Below are positions 19,884-33,815 of a stretch of DNA of 60,949 nt, piece after piece. The stretch is from Blastochloris sp. (GTDB taxonomy: Bacteria > Verrucomicrobiota > Verrucomicrobiia > Methylacidiphilales > JAAUTS01): assembly GCA_012031345.1 (NCBI GenBank), contig JAAUTS010000001.1:1-60949 (forward strand), in the 5' to 3' direction. The notes below the pieces were generated by a model. The model saw only the letters and a list, made by a program, of their open reading frames with translations. It was not told the origin of the DNA and ran no database searches. Numbering within the stretch: position 1 is the first letter of the stretch; each line of letters begins with the position of its first letter. The translations under genes were made by a program, and so were the position numbers.

Positions 19884-20734
19884 TTATTTCGCGCCGAAAT
19901 ACCGCAGGATCTTGACCAGGGTGGCCTTCATTTCCCTGCGATGAACGATGTGGTCGATCAGGCCATGATCCAACAGAAACTCCGAGGTTTGAAATCCCTT
20001 GGGCAATTCCTGCTGCGTCGTCTCCTTGATCACCCGCGCCCCGGCAAAACCAATCATCGCCTTCGGTTCCGCACGATGACCACTCCCCAGCGAACGCAAA
20101 CTCGCCATCACCCCGGCCATGGTCGGATTGGTCAGCACTGAAATAAAAGGCTGCCGCTTCTCCGCCAAACGGGCCAGGGCGCCACTGGTCTTGGCCATTT
20201 GCATCAGGCTGAACATCCCCTCATACATCCGTGCTCCACCCGAGGCAGAAAAAACAATCACGGGCCGCTTTTCCTTCACCCCACGCTCAATTGCCCGCGT
20301 GATCTTCTCCCCACCACCGAACCCATGCTCCCTCCCAAAAAATTAAAATCCATCGCCGCCAACGAAACACGTATCCCGTCCATCTCCCCCCAACCACTCG
20401 TCACCGCGTCGGTCAGCCCAGTTTTCTTTTTATAATTTTTTAGCCGATCCGGGTAACTGGTCACCCCGGTGAACTTCAAAATATCCACTGAAGACAGGGA
20501 GGCATCCAACTCCTCAAAGCCGTTCTCATCACACACACTCAAGAGCCGACTCCAGGCACTGATCGTCATGTGATGCTCGCACTTGCCACACACCATCAGG
20601 TTGTCTTCCAGTTCCTTGTTGAACAGAACCTCCCCGCAGGAAGGACACTTGGTCCAGAGCCCCTCGGGAATCTCCTTCTTCTTGGTGCGGGAGGGAAGTT
20701 TGCCTAGATTTTGTGGTTTGGGAAAAACTGCCAT
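19884..20734 (-). CDS. accD: acetyl-CoA carboxylase carboxyltransferase beta subunit (frame break ~20290-20300 in a G-run)
   Basis: Zn ribbon CPSCGEVLF...CGKCEHH; [11 protein letters not shown] then, in another frame, [28 protein letters not shown]. Confidence 0.9.
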
Positions 20735-20774
20735 AAAGGTAAGTGAGTGAGAAAGGATGGTCCGGCTTGCCGCA

Positions 20775-21440
20775 TCAACCCCGAGCCACGGTTAGCACGG
20801 CCAAGTGCTCCGCTCCGGCCTGGTGAAGGACTTGGGCACAGGCATCAACCGTGGCTCCCGTGGTAAAGACATCATCAATGATTAGCAGCCTGCGCCCCTT
20901 CAGGTCAAACCCACTCTTCACGCAGAAAGCTCCCTTCTGATTCCGTAAACGCTCGCTGCGCCTTAGCTTGGCCTGGGTCTCCGTCTTTTTCACCCGCTCC
21001 AAGACCTTCCAAACCGACAAACCCCGTCGCCTGCCCAGCATTCTGGCCAGTTCCTCCGCCTGATTGAATTCCCGCTCCCGTTTCCGCAGCGGATATAAAG
21101 GCACCGGAACCAAAGCATCCCAGCTTTCCTCCGCATAAAATCGTTCAAAGCCCTCCTCCAACCAGGACGTCAATTGCGGCAAATGATGAAACTCCTTGTT
21201 GTATTTGAATTCGTGGATCAACTCCCGCACCGCTCCCTCCGCCCGATACGCCGCCCGCGCCCGACTGATATGCCAGCGACGCCCCGCACAGTTGCTGCAT
21301 CGGAAGATCTCCGGCATCTCCCCCTCGTAAGGCTCTCCGCACCGTTCACACCAGCGATCTCCCAGCCCGGACATCATTCCCGGCAACTCCGCCACCGGAA
21401 ACAACACATCCCAAAGCCCTTTTTTCCACTCTCTCATCAT
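20775..21440 (-). CDS. comF: ComF-family phosphoribosyltransferase-domain protein
   Basis: Start at the ATG at 21440 (ATGA overlap with the upstream stop). Cys-rich N-terminus CERCG...CSNC and PRT motif LLIIDDVFTTGAT. The 110-aa Gly/Val-rich upstream extension of the track ORF overlaps the CPBP gene and was discarded. Confidence 0.75.
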   Translation of the reverse strand: MMREWKKGLWDVLFPVAELPGMMSGLGDRWCERCGEPYEGEMPEIFRCSNCAGRRWHISRARAAYRAEGAVRELIHEFKYNKEFHHLPQLTSWLEEGFERFYAEESWDALVPVPLYPLRKREREFNQAEELARMLGRRRGLSVWKVLERVKKTETQAKLRRSERLRNQKGAFCVKSGFDLKGRRLLIIDDVFTTGATVDACAQVLHQAGAEHLAVLTVARG

Positions 21441-22309
21441 CCCGCCTTCCCTCCGCTTTTTCCCCAGCCAGGCCACAACACCATCAGCAACATTGCCAAC
21501 AACAACAACTCCGCCGACAAACCGGACAACACATCCGCCTGAAACCACCAGGACCCTGCGCCTCCGCGCCACTCCGTTACGTGATTGAGACTTTTCAACC
21601 CCATAACCCAACCCATGTGCAGCCCCATACAACCCCACAGATGTCCCTGACGATAAACCAGCGCGCACAACACTCCCCCCACCAACAACAGCGTCACCCA
21701 CCTCAAGGCTAACATCTCCAGATTTCCCAACTCCATCAACATCCCTCCCCAGGCTTCCCATCCCGTCCACCAGACCACTTCACCCGGCGGATTTTCCGCC
21801 TTGAGATAGTGTGTCGTGGCAAAAAAGAGACAAGTTACCCCACCCACCCACCAGGCTTTGCCCGGCCACATCCTCAGCAAAACTAAAAAAAAGAGGCCCC
21901 GGAAAAGAATCTCCTCCAACACCGCCACCGCTCCCGCACTGGCAAAAAATTCTACAAACTGACCCAACTCCCCAGTCCCCTTCCATTCCCGTTGCCCCAT
22001 CCACATCTGCATCAGAAACAAAAGACCCACCGATAACACACCCCAGCCCATCCACCGTAACCACTCCTTCGGAAGTTGCCCCCGATCCCTCAGCCCTAGC
22101 TCCGACCAGCTCCGGATCCCCCAATATCGCGCCAGAGGCCAAAGCAAAAGCAAGGCCGTCACCATCAACACCCGGTTGAACACCCGACGAAAAGGCTCTT
22201 CCCCAGGAAAAAATCCGTCCCAAACCCAAAAAGCCCAAGGTGCCACCACCGCACTAAGCAACACAATCCCCCCAAAATAAAACAAGATCCCCAACAACAC
22301 ACGACGCAT
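21437..22309 (-). CDS. CPBP (CAAX) family intramembrane glutamic protease
   Basis: 290 aa polytopic. EEILFRG motif, then FATTHY and later His motifs. Confidence 0.8.
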   Translation of the reverse strand: MRRVLLGILFYFGGIVLLSAVVAPWAFWVWDGFFPGEEPFRRVFNRVLMVTALLLLWPLARYWGIRSWSELGLRDRGQLPKEWLRWMGWGVLSVGLLFLMQMWMGQREWKGTGELGQFVEFFASAGAVAVLEEILFRGLFFLVLLRMWPGKAWWVGGVTCLFFATTHYLKAENPPGEVVWWTGWEAWGGMLMELGNLEMLALRWVTLLLVGGVLCALVYRQGHLWGCMGLHMGWVMGLKSLNHVTEWRGGAGSWWFQADVLSGLSAELLLLAMLLMVLWPGWGKSGGKAG

Positions 22310-22358
22310 AGACTCATCTTTGAGGAATTCCCCACTCAGAGCAATCCTTTCCCCCCAT

Positions 22359-22411
22359 CCCCTATATCAAGAGGGGCAGAAAGGGCCGAAGGCCTGCTTC
22401 CGGGTGTGTTT
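22359..22411 (+). repeat. structured intergenic repeat, family 1, copy a
   Basis: cccctatatcaagaggggcagaaagggccgaaggcctgcttccgggtgtgttt. Contains hairpin CCCCT-N8-AGGGG and a small ggcc-loop-ggcc hairpin. Near-identical copies at 24558, 40562 and 40771. Confidence 0.8.
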
Positions 22412-22548
22412 CCCCGCTAGGACGATTTTTAAGGCAGAAATAAGTTTTCAGTTTTTAGTGTTCAGTTTTCAGCAACTAGAAACCCGAAACCCGTAACTTA
22501 GCTTCCCCCCCACTTAATTCGTTCTTGCCTCACCCCGCCCTCCCCACG

Positions 22549-23561
22549 ATGATGTTTCCAGTGCAAACTGTGGCTCCTGCTTCCAAAACCCAAGACCGAC
22601 TTGTGAAACCTCTTCCCCCCCTCGAATTCGAAAACCCATCATCGAATTGGAAAAGATGTTGGCCGAACTCAAGGACCATTCCGACGAACATCAAATGGAT
22701 TTCGACTCGGAAGTCGCCCGCCTCAACCAAAAAATCGAGGAAACCCGCACCCGCATTTATCAAAACCTGACCCCTTGGCAGCGGGTCCAAATCGTCCGCC
22801 ACACGCAGCGCCCTTACACCCTCGACTACATTTCCCGCATCTTCACCGACTTCATCGAACTGCATGGTGACCGCGCCTACGGCAACGACAAAGCCCTTAT
22901 CGGTGGCTTGGCCCGGCTCGACGAGCAGCCCGTCATGATTCTCGGCCACCAAAAAGGCCGCAACACCAAGGAAAATCTCATGCGCAACTTCGGCTGTGCC
23001 CACCCGGAAGGTTACCGTAAAGCCCTCCGTCTCATGCGCCTCGCCCATAAATTCCAGATCCCCATCATCGCCTTCATCGACACCCCCGGTGCCTATCCCG
23101 GCGTCGCGGCGGAAGAACGGCAAATCGCCGAAGCCATCGCCGTCAACATTCGCGAAATGTTCAACTTTGAAGTTCCCATCCTCGCCGTTGTTATCGGGGA
23201 AGGTGGCAGCGGCGGGGCCCTCGGCATCGGAGTCGCCGACCGCGTTCTTATTCTCGAAAACGCCTACTACTCCGTTATCTCCCCGGAGGGCTGCGCTGCC
23301 GTCCTTTGGAAAGACCGCGCCTTCGCCCCCCAAGCCGCCGCCGCCCTCAAGATGTCCGCCCCCGACCTTCTCGACGCCAAATTGGTTGATGAAATCATCC
23401 CCGAGCCCCAGGGCGGTGCCCACCACGACTGGGAACTCTCCGCCCAAAACGTCAAAAAAGCCCTGCTCAAAAATCTAGCTCCCCTCCTCAAACTCAGCTC
23501 CAGCAGCCTCCTCGACAAACGCTACGACCGTTACCGCGCCTACGGCATGTTTACCGAATAA
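22549..23561 (+). CDS. accA: acetyl-CoA carboxylase carboxyltransferase alpha subunit (frame break ~22630)
   Basis: N-terminus ...LEFENP (ORF 22525..22770) joins IIELEKMLAELK... (ORF 22647..23561). FIDTPGAYPG and VIGEGGSGGALG motifs. Confidence 0.9.
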
Positions 23562-23582
23562 GCAACCTCCCAACTTCTCTAT

Positions 23583-23640
23583 TTCGAGATCAAAGATTCG
23601 AGATCAGAAATTAGAAATTCCCCCTTCCCCGCACAACTGC
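23583..23640 (+). repeat. low-complexity intergenic repeat, family 2, copy 1
   Basis: ttcgagatcaaagattcgagatcagaaattagaaattccc..ccccgcacaactgc. Related copy at 50172..50212. Confidence 0.6.
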
Positions 23641-23652
23641 TAGTCTTCACTT

Positions 23653-24013
23653 ATGACTAACGAAGCCTCCGCCCAATTCGATCTCATGCTCAGCCAACAA
23701 CCTCGTCGCGAGGAACTCGACACCCGCGACGCCGGTGCGAACCCCTTCAAAACAGTGGTTGATCCCCTCATGCGTTATCCGACTCAAAAGGCCTTTTGAA
23801 CTCATCGACAACCACGACAACTCCCTCGAAAGCTACATTTCCTCCGGACAACTAAGCCTTGAGTCCTACAAGGAATACATAGAACTCTTCGCCCGTTGCC
23901 TCCGCGAAACCATGGAAACCAAAGAAGGAGTCTCCTACCTGCTCAAATCCTGTGGCTTCGATTGTCCAGCCGATCAAATCAATCTACAGCCGGACTGGCG
24001 TTGGAAGGAATGA
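23653..24013 (+). CDS. hypothetical protein (probable frame break in a T-run near 23785)
   Basis: ATG at 23653 (MTNEASAQFDLML...PTQKAF) joins ELIDNHDNSLESY... of ORF 23735..24013 if one T is removed from tttt. Its stop overlaps the next start (ATGA). Confidence 0.4.
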
Positions 24014-24536
24014 AGCCTCACTCTGCTTCATCTCAAAGCTCATTTCGCCCGCTGCTTGGAATCCTGGGATTCGTCCTCCTGGGATTCGTCCTCCTGGGAT
24101 GTCTTGTTCAGATCTCCGTCGGCCAGATCCACGCTGGCTCCGACCAGTTGAACCAAGCGGCACTGCCCGTCATCGAACTCAAAGTAGGCCAGCACCTACT
24201 CAAGGTGGAAGTCGCCTCCACTCCCCAATCCATGGCCCGAGGTCTTATGTTCCGACGCAGCCTTCCCCCGGACCAAGGCATGTTGTTTGTCTTCCCCTTG
24301 GAACACCAAGCCAGTTTCTGGATGAAAAACACCAGCATCCCTCTCTCCATTGCCTACCTCGACAAAGAAGGCACCATCCTCGAAATCCATCCCTTGATTC
24401 CCTTTCGGGAAGAAGCCGTTCAAAGCAAAAGCAACAAAGTTCTCTACGCCCTCGAAGTGAACCGTGACTGGTTCAGCACCCGCCAAATCACCCCGGCACC
24501 AAAATCCAGGGTCTTCCTCTTCCAACTCGAAACTAG
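24010..24536 (+). CDS. DUF192-family protein (frame break ~24490 in a C-run)
   Basis: TM/signal segment, then ARGLMFRRSLPPDQGMLFVFP...FWMKNTSIPLSIAYLD...ALEV, typical of DUF192. After the correction the C-terminus reads ITPGTKIQGLPLPTRN, stop at 24534-24536. The track ORF otherwise runs on into a repeat. Confidence 0.65.
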
Positions 24537-24557
24537 AAACCCGGAACTTCCCCCCCA

Positions 24558-24611
24558 CCCTCCCATCCATCAAGAGGGGCAGAGAGCCTTCAGCCCGCTT
24601 CCGGGTGTGTT
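24558..24611 (+). repeat. structured intergenic repeat, family 1, copy b
   Basis: ...catccatcaagaggggcagagagccttcagcccgcttccgggtgtgtt. Confidence 0.75.
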
Positions 24612-24727
24612 CCGCTTCCTTATTCAAAACCCGCAAGTAGTCCTACTTGGTTTCGGATCCGCATCAGAAAATTCGATTGGCTGTGATACTTGCTTATTTC
24701 TCAGTGTGGAGTATTTTTTATTGGCGT

Positions 24728-24871
24728 ATGAAAAAACTCCTATTCTCAGTGTTGGCGGTAGCCCTGTTCGGAACCTTGTCCTTGTCTTCCCTTCAAGCTG
24801 AAGGCGGCTGCGGTAGCTGCAAAGGCGATAAAAAAGAGGGAACCAAGAAGGAAGAGCCGAAGAAGAGCTAA
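24728..24871 (+). CDS. small secreted Lys-rich peptide (47 aa)
   Basis: MKKLLFSVLAVALFGTLSLSSLQA / EGGCGSCKGDKKEGTKKEEPKKS. Signal peptide plus a CxxC-containing charged tail, followed by a strong terminator. Confidence 0.5.
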   Translation: MKKLLFSVLAVALFGTLSLSSLQAEGGCGSCKGDKKEGTKKEEPKKS

Positions 24872-24890
24872 TCCTCCACACCTATCTAAA

Positions 24891-24920
24891 AACACCTGCT
24901 TTCGGGCAGGTGTTTTTTTT
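24891..24920 (+). terminator. rho-independent terminator
   Basis: Stem cacctgc (24893-24899) / gcaggtg (24906-24912), followed by T8. Confidence 0.8.
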
Positions 24921-25070
24921 GCTTTTTTCTTTTCCGGGCGGAACACAAGTCACGATTTTACGGTCACGGCCTGCTTGTCTTCATAAGTTCTTTTTCCACT
25001 GATATGAGCCCAGCTTAATCATTAATAATTCTAATTTACAAAAATTAGATCATTAGATACTCTTTTCGTC

Positions 25071-28701
<3,631 letters not shown>

Positions 28702-28702
<1 letters not shown>

Positions 28703-29706
28703 TGAACGCAGAACCTGATCTCAGCACAACGTATCTGGGCCTCGAACTCAAGAACCCCATCATCGTCGGAGCCGGACCTCTGGGAGACTGCCGGGAAACC
28801 GTCATCGCCCTGGAGCAGGCAGGTGCCGCCGCGTTGGTCATGCACTCTTTGTTTGAGGAACAACTCCATCTTGAAATGAGTGGCCGCGAAGCTCATCTCG
28901 AGGCCCATGGTGAGTCCTTCGGGGAAGCTACTTCCTACTTCCCCGCCGCCTACGAATACACCTTCAAACCGGAGCGCTATCTCGAACACCTGCGTTGGTT
29001 GAAAAAAAGTGTGGGCATCCCCATCATCGCCTCACTCAATGGCACAACGCCGGGGGGCTGGACTCTTTACGCGGAAATGTTGCAGGACGCGGGAGCGGAT
29101 GCCTTGGAGTTGAATTTTTATTATCCCGCCATTCGAGTGGATGAATCCGCCGCTGAAGTGGAGAAGGTTCTGCTCGACACCATCACCGATGTTCGCAGCG
29201 TGATTTCCCTGCCCCTGGCGGTGAAACTTTCCCCCTTCTATACCTCGCTGGGTCATGTGGCGCGTCGCGCGGTCAGTGCCGGGGCGGACGGGCTTGTCCT
29301 CTTCAACCGCTTTTATCAGCCCGACATCGATCCTGAAAAAATGGAAACGGTGTCCACCCTGAGATTATCCAGTTCGAATGATTTGTTGCTGCGTCTGCGC
29401 TGGTTGGCGGCCCTGCGGGACAAAGTGGATGCCAGCCTGGCCTGCACGGGAGGGATTCATCAACCCATTGATGTCATCAAGTCCGTGTTGGCCGGGGCCG
29501 ATGCCGTGCAGGTGGTTTCTTCCCTGCTGAAACATGGGCCGGAGCATATTGAGATTCTGTTGAAAAAAATCCGTTCCTGGTTTCAGGAGCATTATTACGA
29601 TTCCGTTCATCAACTGAAAGGTGCCATGAGCATGAGGCACTGCCCGGAACCTGCGGCCTACGAAAGAGGCAACTACTTGAAAATTGTTCAGGGCTGGAAA
29701 ATCTGA
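28702..29706 (+). CDS. dihydroorotate dehydrogenase-like TIM-barrel flavoprotein
   Basis: 334 aa. LGLELKNPIIVGAGPL...IASLNG...LELNFY...KLSPF...NRF... is a PyrD-family pattern. Its start overlaps the PFOR stop (TAATG). Confidence 0.7.
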
Positions 29707-29730
29707 GAGCACCGTCCTTACCGGGAAACT

Positions 29731-31631
29731 TCAGGGTTTTTCCGGAAGGATCTTGGCCACCAGACGATGGATGCCTTCCTTGGCGTATTCACTGGGAGGA
29801 TACTGATTTTGAGCCTTCAGATACCAGGAAAGGCTGGACCCGGTCAGACCCTTCTCTTCCAATTGCTGAGCGGTTCGCACTGACTTCACAAAGTCCGCCG
29901 CCTGGGTGGTCAGTTCAGCTCTCACCTGATTCAACTTCATGTCCGAGGGATACTTGATTGCCACCTTATCCACGTTTTCCCAGGCCCCGGCGTTGTCCCC
30001 ATCTTGGCCGCCTCGGTCGAACGGATGATGCTGCTTTCGATCACCTGCATTTCTTCCAGAATAGATTTTAATTTTTCCTGACGATCCGGGTAGTTGGCTG
30101 AAGCCACAATATAGCGGACACGGTTTTCAAAAATTTCCCGGTGATTTTTCTGACTGATCAGACGGTCAAGATCGACCAAAGCCTGTTGTTGTTGATCCGC
30201 CTGATTGAAGATGGTGGAGGAAAGTTCGGAAAGTCTCGGGTTCCGGGGCCAGAGATCGGCGGCGGACTTCAATACGGACTCAAACTCCGTGCGATCCCCG
30301 TTGATGGCGGCAGTGCGTGCCTTGTCCAGCAGCATGGCACTGATGGTCCGGGCGGTTTGAATGGCGGCCAGAGGTTTGGCCGTGTCAAAGTCCTGGGCCA
30401 GCTTTTGCAGATCTGCCACCAAGGTGTCCGCCTTTTCATAATCTTTGACTTCCAGAGCGGAGAGAAGTTGGTTCGACTTTTGGGCAAAGCCCAGGGAAAG
30501 TCGCTTGCGCTCGCGGGGTAGGGTGCGGATCTCGAGCAGATTTTCCCCTACGGCAAAGGCTTCCGCCAGACGGTCGCTGGCCGAGGCCATTTCTTTTTTC
30601 TCCACCAAAAAGTTATAGGCTTCCACCCCTTCGCGCACGTCCTTGATCGCCTCACGGGCCAAAGATTCCAGGATGCCCAAGGTCGGAGGCACCCCGGCAT
30701 ACTTGCCAATGGCCTGCTCCGCTTCCGAACCCACTTTTAATTTGGTGTCGCCATCCCCGAAGAGTTGACGATAAAACGCGGTGCCAAGCAGCACATGGTC
30801 GAAACGGCGCTGCATGAAAAGCTGTAGGATGAGGGCTTGAAATTCAATTTTGCTCTGAATCTCCGAGACTTCACGTTTGACCTGGTTGGCTTTCATCATG
30901 GCCTCCACTTCGGCCAGACGGGTCATGTAAGGCTGCATGCGTATCTGCCTTTTCATTTGTTGCTGTTGGGTCCACTCGGCCAAGGCTTTTTCATCCTTGG
31001 GAGGTTGATTACCCAACTCCAGGCCTCCCACACTTTGTTGGGCGTTCCAACTGATTTGGTCCCGTTGTTTCTGCAAATCCTGGGAGGCCAGATAAAGGGC
31101 CTGATCCGATTTCTGTGCGGACCAAACATTATACACGGCGGAAGCCAGGGAATCGCAGAGGTTGGCATCCACACTGAAACCCGAGGCTTGAGGAAGAAGA
31201 GACCAGGCTTTGTTGACATCGGGCCGGGTCGTTTTGGCCGGGTCAAGCAACTCGTTCATTTTATTCAAAACTTCTTTATAAGCTTTGGCCGATTCTTCAG
31301 GTTCCTCGGGCGAATTCAGATACTTTTCAAAGCGGGCCCGGAAAATGCGGTTGTCCTTGATATTCCATAACTTTCCATCCCAGGAAACCACCTCCGAAGA
31401 GGGATCCAGGAAAGGAAGATCCCTGCCCAGCGTCTGGGAGGAGTCCACGCCGGGAGTGGTTGGAGTCGGGTTGGCCGCAGGGGAAGTCGTGCCGGGAGGT
31501 TTGGCGTCTGCCGAGACCTTCACCTCACTCAAAGGCTTGGTCACTTGATCGATGGCTTGTTCCAGCCGTTGGGACCAAAGTACAGGCAGCACTCCACCGA
31601 GATAAAGAATCAGAAATAAAAATTTTCTCAT
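29731..31631 (-). CDS. secreted helical/coiled-coil protein, unknown function (frame break ~29960)
   Basis: Signal peptide MRKFLFLILYLGGVLPVLWS. ORFs 29937..31631 and 29731..29973 overlap and appear to be one gene. Confidence 0.5.
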
Positions 31632-32032
31632 GATTTTCTCAGCTCCAAAACCTTCAGAATTCCATCGTGACGGACTTCCACCTTCATGGCGTAGCGTTGT
31701 CCTTTTTGCAGGTTGACCTCACCCAACTCCACCGGAATCAGGACGCCGACGAACTCCTTGTTACCTTTGCTGTTCTGAATCTCGATAGAGAAAAGTCTTC
31801 CCTCCACCGCAGACCAGGCCAGAGCGGATTGGATGGTGCCGTCGAGTTTATAAACATTCCCGCGCAGATTGTCGGAGTTCTCCAGGTAAGAACCCAGATC
31901 GAGGGGTTGAAGTGTGCGGTAGGGATCCTGCAAGTTGGAAAAAATCCAATAACCCAACCCGGCCACGCCCAAGGTCAGCAAGGTTAATAGAACCAACCAA
32001 AGTGGTTTGGGTTTGGAGTTGGCTCGACGCAT
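31628..32032 (-). CDS. membrane-anchored protein, unknown function
   Basis: 134 aa with an N-terminal TM helix. Its stop overlaps the downstream start (ATGA). Confidence 0.5.
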   Translation of the reverse strand: MRRANSKPKPLWLVLLTLLTLGVAGLGYWIFSNLQDPYRTLQPLDLGSYLENSDNLRGNVYKLDGTIQSALAWSAVEGRLFSIEIQNSKGNKEFVGVLIPVELGEVNLQKGQRYAMKVEVRHDGILKVLELRKS

Positions 32033-32083
32033 CTTCTCAAGATAGGAAAGAGTCCGTCAGAGGCAATGAGAAATGGTGCCGGT

Positions 32084-33805
32084 TCAGCTTTGACTGTTCC
32101 ATTGGCTGCGATAACACCCAAAAACGGCCAACAAGACCGCAACCACCATGTGCATCCCCAGCAACCAAAGGCAGACCTGTTGACCGGAGAGTGGAGTCTG
32201 GGTCAAGGTTACGGCCACATCATAGAGCCGGGTGGTTTTCATCGTTTGCAACATCCCCGACCAACCCCAATAAGCCGCCACCAAGGGTCGGATCAGTTCA
32301 CCCAAAGAACTTGGCAGTGCCAAAACCGCACCGGAGAGAGGAAGTTGGAAACCCACCAGATAAATCGACATGAGCGAAGCCTGCTCCACGCTGCGACTCC
32401 AGGCGGAGATGGCAAAACAACTGGTGGTGATGGCTCCATTCACCAGCGCAAGCGTGATGAATTGCATAAGAAACGGACCGGGAAAATGACAGACACTTTT
32501 CACAAAAAGAGTCATCCAGAAAGATTGCACCACCACCAGAAATGCGAGAAAGGTCAGTTTGCTGGCGACGTAAGGCAGCGTGCTGACGCCCGCCAGTTTT
32601 TCCTTTTCCCAAATCATGCGCTCAGAAGCCGCCTCCCGGGAACCATTGTTGGCTCCCATCAAGGCCAGGAGAATCACCTCAAACATAATCAAGCCTGAGA
32701 CCAGAGTCCCGACCTGACTCATTTGCAGACTGTAGGCCAGCTGTTCCTGCACGATGGCCAGAACATCCGTCTGAATCTCCAAAGTCATGTTGCGAATCTC
32801 AGGCAGGCCCTTGTATCCAAACAAAACCACCAGCCCAGGGAAAGTCAGCAGGAGTAAAAATTGCAAAATCCATTGTCCCCGTTCGCGTAAAAAAAGACGC
32901 CAACGCCTCCTCACCAAAATCCCGTAAGTCAACAACCAGGCCAGAGGGCCCAGCGCCGAAGGCTGGGAGGCCAACTCCGAACTCTTCTCCTCATGCCCCG
33001 CTTCCGGTTCCTGCGGCAACCCTTGAAGCTCCAAGCCCTGACGATACCTCGCATCCCAAACCTCCGCCTCCTGATGCGCCAGCGCGCTGAAGATGTCATC
33101 CCGATTTTCCACCTCAAAATAATGAAGCAGTTCCTCCGGTGATCCTTGGAAAGCCACCACCCCGTCATACATCACGGTCACACTGTCATAATAAGCCACA
33201 TGACGGAGACTGTGCGTGACATGGAGGATGCAGCGTCCCTCCTGTCTGGCCAGGTGATGCAACAATCCCACAATTTCATCCTCCGACTTTGGATCGAGTC
33301 CACTGGTCACCTCATCGCAGAGGAGCAGATCCGGGTTGCTGACCAGTTCAATAGCCAGAGCCAGTCGTCGCCGTTGTCCGCCGGACAACACACGCGCACG
33401 GCGCTGGGCGATTTCGCGGAGCCCGGCCATCTCCAGCACCTGTTCCACCCGTTGGCTCCGATCGGCATGGGATTTCGTGGAGAGACGTAGAGCGGCGGCA
33501 TCGGAAATGATTTCTGCCACACTCAGGTCTTCGTGAAAAATGCTGAATTGTGGCACATAACCGAGTTCGTGGGCCCGCAAATCCGAACCCGCCTCGGCCA
33601 GGTTCCGCCCCCGCCAAAATAATTCCCCGGCCTGATGTTCCAGGATGCCGCTCACGGCCTTGAGCAGGGAACTTTTACCACAACCGGAGGGTCCGATGAT
33701 CGCCCCCAGATGACCCTGGGGATATTGAAGCGACACCCCTTTTAAGAGCGCGGGAAGCATGGGGCGATCCGGGATTCCCACTTCCACTTGGTTGAGTATC
33801 AACAT
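32084..33805 (-). CDS. ABC transporter, fused ATPase-permease (ABC-2/ABCG-like)
   Basis: Start at the ATG at 33805. Walker A GPSGCGKSS, signature LSGGQRRR, Walker B LLLCDEVTSGLD, then a ~6-TM C-terminal half. Confidence 0.85.
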   Translation of the reverse strand: MLILNQVEVGIPDRPMLPALLKGVSLQYPQGHLGAIIGPSGCGKSSLLKAVSGILEHQAGELFWRGRNLAEAGSDLRAHELGYVPQFSIFHEDLSVAEIISDAAALRLSTKSHADRSQRVEQVLEMAGLREIAQRRARVLSGGQRRRLALAIELVSNPDLLLCDEVTSGLDPKSEDEIVGLLHHLARQEGRCILHVTHSLRHVAYYDSVTVMYDGVVAFQGSPEELLHYFEVENRDDIFSALAHQEAEVWDARYRQGLELQGLPQEPEAGHEEKSSELASQPSALGPLAWLLTYGILVRRRWRLFLRERGQWILQFLLLLTFPGLVVLFGYKGLPEIRNMTLEIQTDVLAIVQEQLAYSLQMSQVGTLVSGLIMFEVILLALMGANNGSREAASERMIWEKEKLAGVSTLPYVASKLTFLAFLVVVQSFWMTLFVKSVCHFPGPFLMQFITLALVNGAITTSCFAISAWSRSVEQASLMSIYLVGFQLPLSGAVLALPSSLGELIRPLVAAYWGWSGMLQTMKTTRLYDVAVTLTQTPLSGQQVCLWLLGMHMVVAVLLAVFGCYRSQWNSQS

Positions 33806-33815
33806 GCGCGTTATG

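Noticed and set aside
21441-21770. 110-aa Gly/Val-rich N-terminal extension of the comF ORF
   Set aside because: It overlaps the 3' part of the CPBP protease gene in another frame. ComF homology begins at the internal Met (21440), which forms an ATGA overlap with the upstream stop.
22312-22548. Possible tRNA or small RNA gene in the repeat-rich accA upstream region
   Set aside because: No cloverleaf-compatible arms or conserved T-loop/D-loop motifs could be traced. The region is explained by the family-1 repeat and low-complexity word repeats.
22530-23447. 305-aa ORF antisense to accA
   Set aside because: Gly/Val/Asp-rich with no motifs. It lies fully within a strongly supported accA frame and is a typical GC-rich shadow ORF.
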